A stretch of DNA of 64,000 nt. Source: Piedraia hortae CBS 480.64 (Eukaryota). Numbering within the stretch: position 1 is the first letter of the stretch; each line of letters begins with the position of its first letter. Location of the stretch: the NCBI GenBank assembly GCA_010093745.1, contig MU005966.1:193628-257627 (forward strand). Direction: 5' to 3'. The notes beneath the pieces are model-generated. The model was not told where the DNA came from, did no database searches, and worked only from the letters and a program-made list of their open reading frames with translations. Shown one piece after another: positions 34,900-45,981 of this stretch. The position numbers and the translations under genes are program-made.

Positions 34900-37620
34900 G
34901 ACTGAGGAGATCCCGCAGCATTGCTGCGAGAAGGTCGTATCATATCACGAACCTAAGGCACATCTGACAGTGCTTGTTGCAAATGCACCGTAGCCAGGTT
35001 TTACTTTGAGAGAGTCTTTAGATAGAACTACATTTAAGTAGAGAGCTTATCCGTACTTATTTGCCCTTCCAATAATCCCTCGGTGCCCTTCTACTTAGAT
35101 CTCAGCTGGAGTTTCCATAATGTACATAAGCATTTCTCATGTGAACTCCGACGACGGTCGTATTGCGGCTCGCTTGTTAATGTTCTTTGCCTAGTTCCCA
35201 TTCCAAGAAATCGCCCAGAAATTTGGTTTCCGTAGATGCACGTGTGGCAGATCGTTAGAGAAGAACTGCCACCTCAGAAGACCATTAACCGATGGTATAC
35301 GACCGGGTCCGGTGTGCTGAATCGCCGTACAGATAGAAGGGAGCGGGGCCAAAAAGCATTACCATCAACGGCCATTAAACCATCTGGCGTGCATATCTCT
35401 TGGTTCCCCAGCCCATGGAGGTGTTTGTAGCCCGAGTACATATCCCCCAGGTGATATGTTGGGCACCAAACAGGACGAAAGGTTACGTCGACGAACCCCC
35501 AAACTCTGGAACACCTTGCTGTTACCCGAATTCTGGTGCTGCACATTCTAGAGTAAGTGAACCGACCCTTCAGGGTACATCGATATCGATCTGTCAGGAT
35601 AACCGCAGCATGTGCGGATTAAAAACCCATCGACTCGTAAGACAATATGCGCTTTTTCCAGTGGCCGTCACTAATAGGTTCAGAGCCCTGCGGAAGAGGT
35701 CATCATCGTTTGCCGTATGGAGGCCGGAAAATCGTGATAGTAGGAAGATGGGTGTGAGGGCCGTGTCGAGTGCACATGTGTTTGTGGCCGTCAACTGGCT
35801 ATGGCAGAAGCTCCGTTTCATGCCGAAGTGCCTCCAGTTGATATCAGCACCCAGCCTTGGCACCCTGTTCTGGCTGCCTTTCTGCCTTTCGGCCTTCCGG
35901 TCCTTGGCTCCTTGATGAGCTGCTCCGTGGTATCGGGTGCCCGGCCATCATTTGTGTAGGGCCTCTTCTTCGAAGGCCTCTTATACCGCTGTTGGACACC
36001 TTTCAGGGCCGCATCGAAATCCTCATTGATGGAACGAACGTACGTGACAGCGTATCGCATGGTGCATGGTGTCCACTATCGTCGTCCGCTTCTTGGATGC
36101 GTTGCGCTGGATACCCCACCCTAGGGATCCCTGCGCATTGGTATTGTTGAAAAGCCAAGAGGTTTCGGAGCAAGAGGACAGAGCCTGAAGAATATACTCC
36201 CCTCGACTTACATGCCACGCCAGCCATGCCTGACAGTTTGGAAACGTCTCGGCGAGCGCCCGCACTCGAGCCTTGAACGTCTCCAGGGACTGCGGCTCTG
36301 TTAGGTCCCATGCGGTCCGGGTCAAGACGTCCTTCGAACCGGCCGGCATAGCCAAACCGTTGCAGGCAACACGGGCCTCACTCCTTTGAAAGTGAACCTT
36401 GCAGCACTGGAAAAATCGGTTGACGTTGAGTATTGTGCTCGGCGGGACGTTGCATTGGGCACGAAGGGCATACTCAAACCCGGTGCACTGTGCGATAGGA
36501 CAGGGGGTTTGTCGGAGGGGTGAACCCCCGAGGACTAAAGCGGAACGTAGATCAAAGACAAATGTGTGCATTAAACTCTGACCAAAAGGTGAATGGAGAT
36601 GTCTATCTCTATGTGAAATGCGGTTCGAAACCTTCTCCATGCTACCTCAGTCGAACCGCATTCGCCAGGGCAACGTCAGCGAGCCATGCCGTTAAGCATG
36701 AACGAGACGGTGACCCGTCTCAGGGGAAACTTCCTCTATAGACGTAAAAACCCCGAGAAATTCCGGCTTCTGGCTAAGGCTCTGGTCATGGGTGGGTGCC
36801 ACATTCTTCTGACAGGATTTGTACATCGATATTCGCCTTTGCTGTCTAGGCCTGGGTTCGCACTCCCTGCATGGCGCGGCCTCAGTCAATCACTCTTATA
36901 ATCGACACCAGGAAAGCTATTCACTTCTCGGGACCACCTCCGCCGTCGATTGTACTCGGCGATTCTAGGGTGGTCGCTTGCAGCTCCAGCGTGTTTTCCA
37001 GTCGGGTTTCCATGAGTTCTATGCTGGTCATGGTGTCTTTTCGCCCCTTGGCGTTATTAATGAAGACGTGAATCGAAAATGCCAGGCTTAAAAGGCCGGC
37101 CACGGTGAAGGCGAATGAAACCATGAGCATTTCGTTCCCAATCGGCCCGGCGCCCCACTTCGCTGCTTGTGTTCTCCAGCGAGCTGAGCTTGTCGGCAAA
37201 TTCGATGGTTTCTGGACGCTCGATGCAAAGGTACGAGCAGACGGACAAAGCGAGACCTAACACACTGAGCGGATCGAACAAAACAAGCGATGGCGGGGTT
37301 TTCGGGCCACGCCGCCGGCAGTCTCCGTGAGCGAAACTGGTTAGTTGAGCCCGCAGCGAGCCGCGGGGACGAAGGGTTTTCTGGGGATGGAAACTCTCCA
37401 TTCTTCAAGTCATCAAGATCCCAAAATATGGCATCACGTATGCCCAGGTTTTGAAGTTATGGACAAGGCTAGGGTCCATAAGATCAAAAACATATGTATC
37501 AATATTGATCGGGTTGTATGCTTCTCCGTCTGCACAGAGTTGATAATCTTGTCCTTGGCCTCGATATACTGCTCGTCATCCATGGCGACGCCGAGCGATA
37601 GCATCTACAGCCCCATAATT
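34900..37620 (-). mobile_element. Heavily decayed Mutator-like transposase relic with a C-terminal cysteine-protease-like motif
   Basis: Fragmented minus-strand frames encode CCKVHFQRS (MULE CxxH), FPNCQAWLAW, NNTNAQ(E>G)SLG, YTNDGRAPDTTEQL...GRPKG, then DINWRHFG...NTCALDTAL. Many stops and frameshifts; boundaries are approximate. Confidence 0.6.
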
Positions 37621-38233
37621 TGGCGGCTCTGACAGAGAAAAAAGTGTGGCTCCACATCTCTTGTTGGACGTGTCGTATGATGGTGTGACCATCTTCACAA
37701 ATGCTTTGGTTTGGTGCTTCATCGCCTTGTGGTGGTGCCCAGCATGGGTGTGCGTGATGGTTTAGGCGCTTGGGATAAGATGTTGTGGAGCATCTACTCC
37801 ATCAATCTCTGTGGTATGGAGTCTGAACGCCATGACGTCCTGGCAACGTGAGGCCGCCGTTCGACAGTTAAGATGGTTACTGCACTTCGCACTCTTCCCG
37901 TAGCTTAGGTTGCGCTCTTTCGACTTCTTCTCCAAGTACTTGGCTCTCGCACGAGGCGGATGCAAGACGAGACCAGTAGACCATCCCTTTCCATTTTCCC
38001 TCGGCAACTTATCCTGAGAATTCATCTTTTGGAGAACATGCTACCGCTACAGTCCTGCCTGAGGGTGTCGGGAAAACACATTAGAAGTTTCAGGAGTCGA
38101 TGGGGTTGTGCGCGCCAAGACGAAACACAACGGCGCTAAACCCGCCATAACGGATGACTCAGCAGCCCCACCTCCACCACCAGTGTCGAACGTTGCTTGA
38201 CAAGCGCTGAAGCACTCGAGAACTGCTCCCGTA

Positions 38234-40090
38234 ATGTCCGCGGAGCTCGCATCGTTGCTGAAGCAGACACACATTACCGACCATGAAGAGATCCTACATG
38301 CCGCAAATGCGAAGCTCAAGACTTCCAAAAATGATGTCGAAGCACTGCATATCAAGGTTATAGCGTTGCTGAAACTCGATCGCTACAACGATGCGCTTCA
38401 TACCTTTGACTCTGCCAGGAACTCGCTCAAGGATAAGGCGCCACTGGAGTACGCGTACACACTTTACAAATGCGGCCAGCCTGCGCTAGCCGCCGAAGTT
38501 GCAGCAAAAGGCTCGGGAATGGGATGCAAACATGCTGAGGCGCAAGCAAGATATAGGCTGGAAGAGTTCCAGCGCGCGGCTGAGTTGTATGCGCATTTGA
38601 GCGAGAATGTGGAACAGGATGCCGAAACCGACTTGAAGGTCAACGCCGGGGCAGTGGATGCACAGTTGAAATGGGTTGGTTCATCAACAGGAAAGCAGAA
38701 GGAAGGCCCAGAGAGCTATGAGACAGCGTTCAACAGGGCCTGCCAAAGTCTCGCGCAAGGCAGGACGGAAGAAGCTCACAAACTGGTTCGAAGGGCCGGC
38801 AAGATGTGTTCCATGTTGGACGACTTGACAGAACAAGAGAAGAAAGCCGAGATGACTCCGCTGATCGTCCAGGAGATGTATATTTTCGAACAATCAGGCC
38901 AGACTGAAGAGGCAAGCAGCCTGATCCAGGCAGTTGATGAGGAGCTGATAGCCGATCGCACGACCAAGCTGATTGCGAAAACGAACAAAGCTGCAGTCAG
39001 TTCTGATGTCAATCCATACATCTCGGAGCGTGAGCTATCACTTTCCACCAAACCCGGAGATTCTGATTCTCCCTTTGGCTTCCAAAACTCATACTTTGAG
39101 GAAAACAAACGGGCCATAGCTCTAGAATGCATGAAATATCGCGGCGTGGCCGATTCAACTGCTGCAGAGATCAAAAAGCAACACGCACCGAGTTTGGACC
39201 CTCGAATAAACACTATTGCAGTCATTAACGCCGCAGCGCATGCCCGAAATGAGTCTGGAAAAGAGGCCTTGAAGACAGTAATGGCACTATTTGAAAAGCG
39301 GCCATTAGACGTAGGCCTTGCATTGACGATTGTGCAACTTCATGTTCTGGATGGCCACACCGCCTCAGCAGTACCTGTTTTTGAAAGCTTCCTCGAACGC
39401 ATTGAAGAGTCTGGTACTGATCTTGATGTCCGATATGCCCCTGGTCTCGTTGGGACCATGGTGGCTCTGTACCAAGCTACAGGCTCCAGAAAAAAAAGCT
39501 GGGCGGAAATGGCAAAAACGGTCAAGTTTTGGCGCGGCCATAAGGATTGGTCAGCCAGTGTTGTGAAGTTGCTGAATGTAGCTGGCGGAACATTGTTAGA
39601 TTCACCCGAAGCCGCTCACCAGGAGCTTGCCCGAGTTGTCTTTGACGATCTATACCGACGAGATGGGACGAACCTCTATACAGCTGCAGGATATCTAGCA
39701 ACTGCAAATGAGGGCAAATTATCGACGCAGGAGTCCCCGCTACGCCCTGTCAGGGAACTTATCACGGGCATCAACATTGATAGACTTGAGTCTCTCGGCG
39801 TCAGTCAGCCGCAAACTTCGATTTCTGCGACGAAGCGTCCTGCAATGGAGGAAACGTCTAAGAAGCCGAAGAAGATGCGCACTTCACGCCTACCAAAAGA
39901 CTACGATCCTAATAAGAAACCTGATCCAGAGCGCTGGCTGCCTCTTAGGGATAGAAGTACATATCGTCCAAAAGGCAAAAAAGGTAAAGCAAGGCAAGCA
40001 ATGCTTTCACAAGGGGCAACAGAAGGTCAAAGTAAACAAGGAGGCGATGTTGTCAAGGGGAAACAGGGCAAGAAAAAAGGAAAGAGATAG
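38234..40090 (+). CDS. SRP72: Signal recognition particle subunit Srp72
   Basis: TPR-like N-terminus (LEYAYTLYK, AQARYRLE) and RNA-binding motif LPKDYDPNKKPDPERWLPLRDRSTYRPK. Confidence 0.95.
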   Translation: MSAELASLLKQTHITDHEEILHAANAKLKTSKNDVEALHIKVIALLKLDRYNDALHTFDSARNSLKDKAPLEYAYTLYKCGQPALAAEVAAKGSGMGCKHAEAQARYRLEEFQRAAELYAHLSENVEQDAETDLKVNAGAVDAQLKWVGSSTGKQKEGPESYETAFNRACQSLAQGRTEEAHKLVRRAGKMCSMLDDLTEQEKKAEMTPLIVQEMYIFEQSGQTEEASSLIQAVDEELIADRTTKLIAKTNKAAVSSDVNPYISERELSLSTKPGDSDSPFGFQNSYFEENKRAIALECMKYRGVADSTAAEIKKQHAPSLDPRINTIAVINAAAHARNESGKEALKTVMALFEKRPLDVGLALTIVQLHVLDGHTASAVPVFESFLERIEESGTDLDVRYAPGLVGTMVALYQATGSRKKSWAEMAKTVKFWRGHKDWSASVVKLLNVAGGTLLDSPEAAHQELARVVFDDLYRRDGTNLYTAAGYLATANEGKLSTQESPLRPVRELITGINIDRLESLGVSQPQTSISATKRPAMEETSKKPKKMRTSRLPKDYDPNKKPDPERWLPLRDRSTYRPKGKKGKARQAMLSQGATEGQSKQGGDVVKGKQGKKKGKR

Positions 40091-40308
40091 TCGGTGATGA
40101 GCAGTTCCAGATGTTTGCCTTGGCTGTCACCGACTCTCGGTGGGGCATCAGATAACCTGGACCGGGCCGTTCCCATGACGCAACGCCAAAAGTTTCCAAA
40201 CAACGTCAACGTTCCTAGACATCTTTTTTGACTCTTTGATTGTTCGCGAAACGTGGGTGGCAATCTCTGTGCACATCGAAGGCATTTGAATTGATTTTGC
40301 GTTCCATC

Positions 40309-41796
40309 ATGACCGCTACTAATGGCACTTCCAGCCACAAATATCGTAAGCAATGATTTTGAACAGTCTTTTGAACGAACTAATCGCCCCCCCAAAAAAA
40401 AGGACGCATTTCGCCGCAGGAACAAACGGAAAATCCATTCGTTAAGCTCATACCCGATCAGCAAATCGCGATCATTCCTGAATTCGAGCTGGAGTCAGGG
40501 TACACACTGCGCAATGTTCCTCTGGCTTACAAGACTTATGGTACCCTGTCGCCTGGTGGCGATAACGCCATGGTCATCTGCCATGCTTTAACCGGCAGCG
40601 CAGATGTGGGAGACTGGTGGGGTCCGCTCCTCGGAGGACCTGGAAACGATGAAGAGGAGGCAAAGGCATTTGATATGTCGCGCTTCTTCGTAGTCTGCAT
40701 TAACAGCCTAGGTAGTCCGTACGGCAGCGCAAGTCCCGTCACAGCTGTAGATGGAAACCCTTCGAATGGCATTTACGGGCCCGAATTCCCACTCACTACT
40801 GTGCGCGACGATGTTAAGATTTTCAAGCTCCTCCTTGACGATCTCGGAGTGAAACAAGTAGCTGCTGTGATTGGCGGGTCCATGGGTGGAATGCTAGTCC
40901 TCGAGTTTGCCTATTCCGGGCCTGAATATGTGCGAACAATTGTCCCTATAGCGACATCTGCACGGTACAGCGCCTGGGGAATCAGCTGGGGCGAGGCACA
41001 GCGGCAGAACATATATACGGATCCAGATTACCAAGACGGCTACTACGACCTCGAGCGGCCACCAAAGTCAGGCCTGGCCGCCGCCCGCATGTCGGCTCTC
41101 CTGACCTACCGAAGTCGCAATTCGTTCGAAACACGATTTGGACGTAACTCGCCTAATCCGGTGCGTCAGCAAACCATCAACGGCTATAGTCCCTTTGCAA
41201 TCCACAACGAGGGCCACCGCAAGGCCGGATCACCGCGGCCGCGACCTTCCATCATAGATGCTCAGTTCTCATCAACAGCAACGCCCTTGCCCACACCTCC
41301 GCCTTCCGCAAAGCGAATCTCAACATACTACTCCGCAAACTCATATATGCGTTACCAAGGGGAGAAGTTCACCAAACGCTTCGACGCAAACTGCTACATC
41401 GCCATCACCCGCAAACTGGACACCCACGACGTAGCCCGGGGCCGAACGTCATCCCCAAACCCAACCCAAGACGAAATCAACGCCGTACTCGGCACAATCC
41501 AACAACCAACTCTCGTCCTAGGAATCCAATCTGACGGTCTATTCACCTACGACGAGCAACAACAACTCTCCGCCGCGATCCCCAGAGGCGAGCTCCAAAC
41601 GATCCACAGCCCCGAAGGCCACGACGCCTTCCTCCTAGAATTCAAGCAAGTGAACAAACTAATCCTCGACTTCCTCCGCCGAGAACTTCCCGACCTCATG
41701 AAACGCGAACCCGTCCTCCAAGCGATCGAGCCCACCCACGAAGCAAAAACGAGCACGTTCGGCGAAGCCGAAGTTGGCGAAATAACCGCCTGGTAG
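40309..41796 (+). CDS. MET2: Homoserine O-acetyltransferase
   Basis: ICHALTGSADVGDWWGPLLG, nucleophile GGSMGG, RFDANCY, SPEGHDAFLLE. ATG 40309 plus intron 40346-40402 restores the N-terminus (ENPF...FELESGYTL). Confidence 0.93.
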
Positions 41797-41816
41797 AGAC
41801 ATCCCAAATAATCATA

Positions 41817-42604
41817 TCAATAAACCCCGCCTTGATGCGGTTCCCCCTCGCGAAGCATCCCTACCCCATCCTTACAATCCACATACGCAATCCATTTCTT
41901 CTCGTGCCATTCCCTTAAATCCAGCCCCGCCTGGTCAGCGTCAAGTGTCGTCGCGTTGATGGACAGATAGCCTTTCCTCCCTTCGTCCCATCCCGCCTCT
42001 TTAGGTCTCCAGACCTCGACGTCACCTTCCGGGGGGGTCAGGCCAAGGGAGGTTCGTGTGACGGTTACGATTTCTCCATGCGGTGAGCCGGTCCCGTCGG
42101 GTGACCCAAAGGCGAAACAGTGAACCCCACACTCTCGGCAGAAGTACCAATGGTGTTTTCTTTTGAAGACGAGGTAGTCGCCCAATGTAGAACCGTCTTC
42201 GACGGTTAGGGGGGTGAGGACCGCGAAGTCGCTGGGGGAATGAGAGGGACGGAGGTGGAGAAGGTTCATTTTCATGCCTGCTCATTAGCGTGTTGCTTTC
42301 CTTCTCAGTCGGGAGGGCGTAAACAGCCCTTTGCCTTCTTCCTTTGGGGTTTGGGGATGGGTTGTGGGCGAATGGGAATGGGAATGGGTTCGGGTTTGTT
42401 TCGCCAACCTTTCCCCTCCCTCCACCCGCCTCCCACCCTGTGCAGTGAAAACTTACAAGTTGAGCAATTACATTTATAGATTCTGACGCCGACGTCTTCG
42501 CTTCGCGGGCGGTCTTTGACTTCTATGTTCTTCGGGGGAAGGGTAATTCGGACAACGTAGCGGATAAAACCGCAGTGGCAGCTGCCTGTGTAGGTCTGGG
42601 TCAT
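41817..42604 (-). CDS. GFA/CENP-V family zinc-binding protein
   Basis: YTGSCHCG...KCNCSTC (across intron 42278-42456)...FCRECGV...SINATTLD. Confidence 0.88.
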
Positions 42605-43778
42605 GGTTATCTGAAGGAAGGGTGGTGTTGGGTTTTGCGATCAAGTTGAGGTGGGGTAGACCCCGCTTGGTTTTCGTTGTGCACGAGTATATGCAGGGCT
42701 TGGTGGATAAGGCTTTTTGTGGGGGTGTGGTTTTTAGCGTGGTTTGATGGATCAGTTGGGTGGTGTTTGCGTCGTTGGAGGGTTATATTGGGTTGTGCAT
42801 GGAAGTCCTGAACTTTGACAGCGCAATTTTCTTCTGGGGATTCTTAGATGTCGGCATTCGGGAGGAATTTGAAGGGCCGCTGGTAGAGGGATTGACGAAG
42901 GAAATCGGATCTCTACGTGATTTTGACTCGTAGTGAGAGGGCAAAAGTTTCGTCACGGAATCTTGGATCCGCTATCGATGTGTGCACGGGATCTGGACAG
43001 ACTTGGTAAAGAGTATACAAGTAGTTATGATTTTAAGGGGCGTCCAGGCATCGCAGGGGAAAATACTTTCGAGTTTCGTCGCCTTTTGGGTATGATTCCG
43101 TTTTGTAGACAGCGGGGAACGACTTTCCGTCTCACTGACAGTTGACAGACTGTAACGGCCTGTCATTCGATTATGTCGCGCAGCCCTCACTCTTCGTCCA
43201 CACAATCCCGTCCCTCTAAACCAAGATGCGACCGCTACACAGTCCATCAGACCCACATCGTCTTGACCCCAACGACAAACTCAAAAACACAAACCCAATG
43301 CTAAAGCTAAAGACTCTTCCAACTCTCGCATCCCCAGGGAGATAAACAGAACAGGGCAGACCTCTGTCGAGAAACGCCCAGGAGATGCCTCACCAACCTG
43401 CAAAACCAAGGTCTTGATGGGTTTGGGCTATGTGATTTGATTGCTGCCGCGTTTTTTTTTTTTGTTTTTCTTTTTTTTCTTTTTTTTGTTTTTTTTTGTG
43501 CACGCCAGACGATATCACGTGTTTGAATCTTGAGAATGGGGTTGTAGCAAGGCTTCCGATTTATGGCGATGGTATGTACACAGCTTTTGCAGCGTGCAAT
43601 CTTTCTATATGCATACACCACCATCCTCGTAATTCACATCCTTGACCCCTGATCTACGAAACCCGAAATAACGCGCAACGACATATTTTCGACGTAGTCG
43701 ACACACCAATGCTGAGCTCCACCCACTCGTCAACTAGAAAATAGTATGGTCTGCGAACTTATTATCTTCGCAAGCCAG

Positions 43779-44593
43779 CTAGACCTGATCGGCTAGCTGA
43801 TATGCAATATAGACGAAAAGGATGATCATTACAGCAAGCGCCAGAGACAGACAGCAAAGGAGGGTTATCTTCTCCTTCCTAGTTAGGTGCCGGGGCGCTC
43901 TGCTGGTTTTGGGTTCAATGTGGGAATGTTGCTTGGGTTTAGCTTCGAGCATAGGAGCTTTTTCGGCCTTGCCTTCATTCCACGAAAATGATTTCGCGTC
44001 TATTGAGCTGGATAAGATGTCTGGTTCTTTCATGGGTGATGCGTGTTCCGCGCGTGCTTTCTTAGGTGACGGTGGAGTGTCGAGACGAGTGTACTCGTCG
44101 AAGCTGGGGACATTTTCATTGACTAAAGGTGCATGATTAGTTTCCAGTGCCCGCGCGGGATGAAAATTTACGTACGATAAGGAGCACCTGCTGGCCGGGA
44201 CATGTCTGAAGTTCGATAGGGACTAAAGATTTCTTTCAAGATATCGAATGCTTCCTCGTGGAATTTATCGAGATCATGGTACTGGCAGCAGATGCGTGCG
44301 GCATTCTCAACGAGAGTGCGCGGCACATGTTTGACACGGGAGGTGATCCTCGCGTTTGCGAAGGCATAATAGCCATTTCTGGCATCTGCGTAGCGATCTC
44401 GGAGGACTTTATACCTTTCAATAACTTCTCCTTCGATATGTGATCGGGTAGATGCGGTTGCACTATTCAACTTGCGAATTGACCTGTGAAAGTCTCTGGC
44501 AGCGCTGTAATAATCTACCACGTATCTGTAAAATGCAATAGCGAGATTGAAGCACTCATCGTACTTCTCGTATTCCACGAGTGTGAGGCGCAT
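43779..44593 (-). CDS. Hypothetical ~253-aa protein with a C-terminal transmembrane anchor
   Basis: Two ORFs join in frame through intron 44123-44175 (GTACGT...ACTAAT...TAG); helical N-terminal domain; terminal ITLLCCLSLALAVMIILFVYIAY. Confidence 0.65.
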
Positions 44594-45981
44594 TGCGTGT
44601 TGGTAAGTGGGTAAGAGAATGTTGTTGAGAATGTGTGAGTGTTTTGGTGTGGGGGAAAATCGGGGGTGCCAAGAGATAGACAAAGAGGGGATTGACAGGC
44701 TGAAGTAGGTTCAACATGAGTTGTATCCATTGAATCGTGCTAATGGATGACAAAGTCTACCCTGACCAATAAATGAGACTCTGCCACGAGTAGGCAATCT
44801 TCGGTGGGCCATTGAACAACTGTTATTCTTCAGGTAGTGTCATTCCAAAGTTTAGTGTTAAGCGAAGGTTTTCAGGTGGCGTGCGGTGTCCGTGGCTAGC
44901 AAAGTCGTGGTGATCGTTGTAATGGCTTTGATCTCCCATGTAGCCACCGTGTCGATACAGTCACGTGTTGCAAATCGCTGTAATGACTGTCAAGACCAAG
45001 CAAATATCCGCTCATGCGCAGCTGAAGTGGGAAGCATGGTGTACCTAGATGACGCTATAATGACGGCAGAGTGATTAACCACCAGATCAGCCTAATATCA
45101 CCATCTCCATCTTCTAGTAAGCTTGATAGCAAACGAATGGCTTATGGCTCGGAGAATCGTATGATCGTTGCATGACATTACTGGACAACCACTCTGACAC
45201 AGCCGCAGGGGTTTTGACAAGACATGGGGCTTCCATGGGTCACTTTGGTGGTTAACCACCAAACCAAATAACCACCAAAATTGATGGTCTCCTCTCTCAA
45301 CAGCCCTGAGTGACAAGGCCGAGAGGGATCATGTGGCGCACCTTGGTGCGGAAAGGGCGACAAACCGTGTGGTAGGTCAAGTGAAATTGCCATGTTCACC
45401 AAATTGCAATGCGGCTCACTGGCTTAGATCCGACGATCATGAGGCTTACGCCAAAGATGGTGATTGTGTTCGTCAATGAGAATCTAGCTTGCGTCCAGTC
45501 AAGTATCATAGCCCGCATTCGCCAACCTCATGTAGTAGCAAGACGTCGTAAGTGTGAACTTACTCTATGAGCCAAAGCAGCCTGTCTTTTGATAGACCTG
45601 ACAGTGTAAGCGCTATATACGCCAAGATGGCTTCTGACAGACGTGTAAGCGCCATGTGCGCGCCCCACGCCATTCAATCATCCAATCGCTCGGGTTCGGG
45701 TTGGACAGTTGTTGATCGGCGCTAGGACAACAGTAAACAAACGCGACCACCTCGCTTCTTCCCCTATTGACACATTCCCTTCTTCTTTTCCCTTTGTTCC
45801 AATTCGTCACTAGATCTTTCTCATTTGCCATTACCTACAGTTTCTCATTTCACGGCGCGCGTTTTGTTGATTACAGTGACGCTTCCATAGCAACGACACC
45901 CCGCGTCCCCGCGACCCCTCGATCAACAAGACCCATGAAGGCGACATTGTAGACTGCCGTACGAGCTTCAAGAGCGCGAGA

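Noticed and set aside
43452..43497. T-rich tract (another at ~50915-50937)
   Set aside because: Simple low-complexity runs with no TSD or retroelement body.
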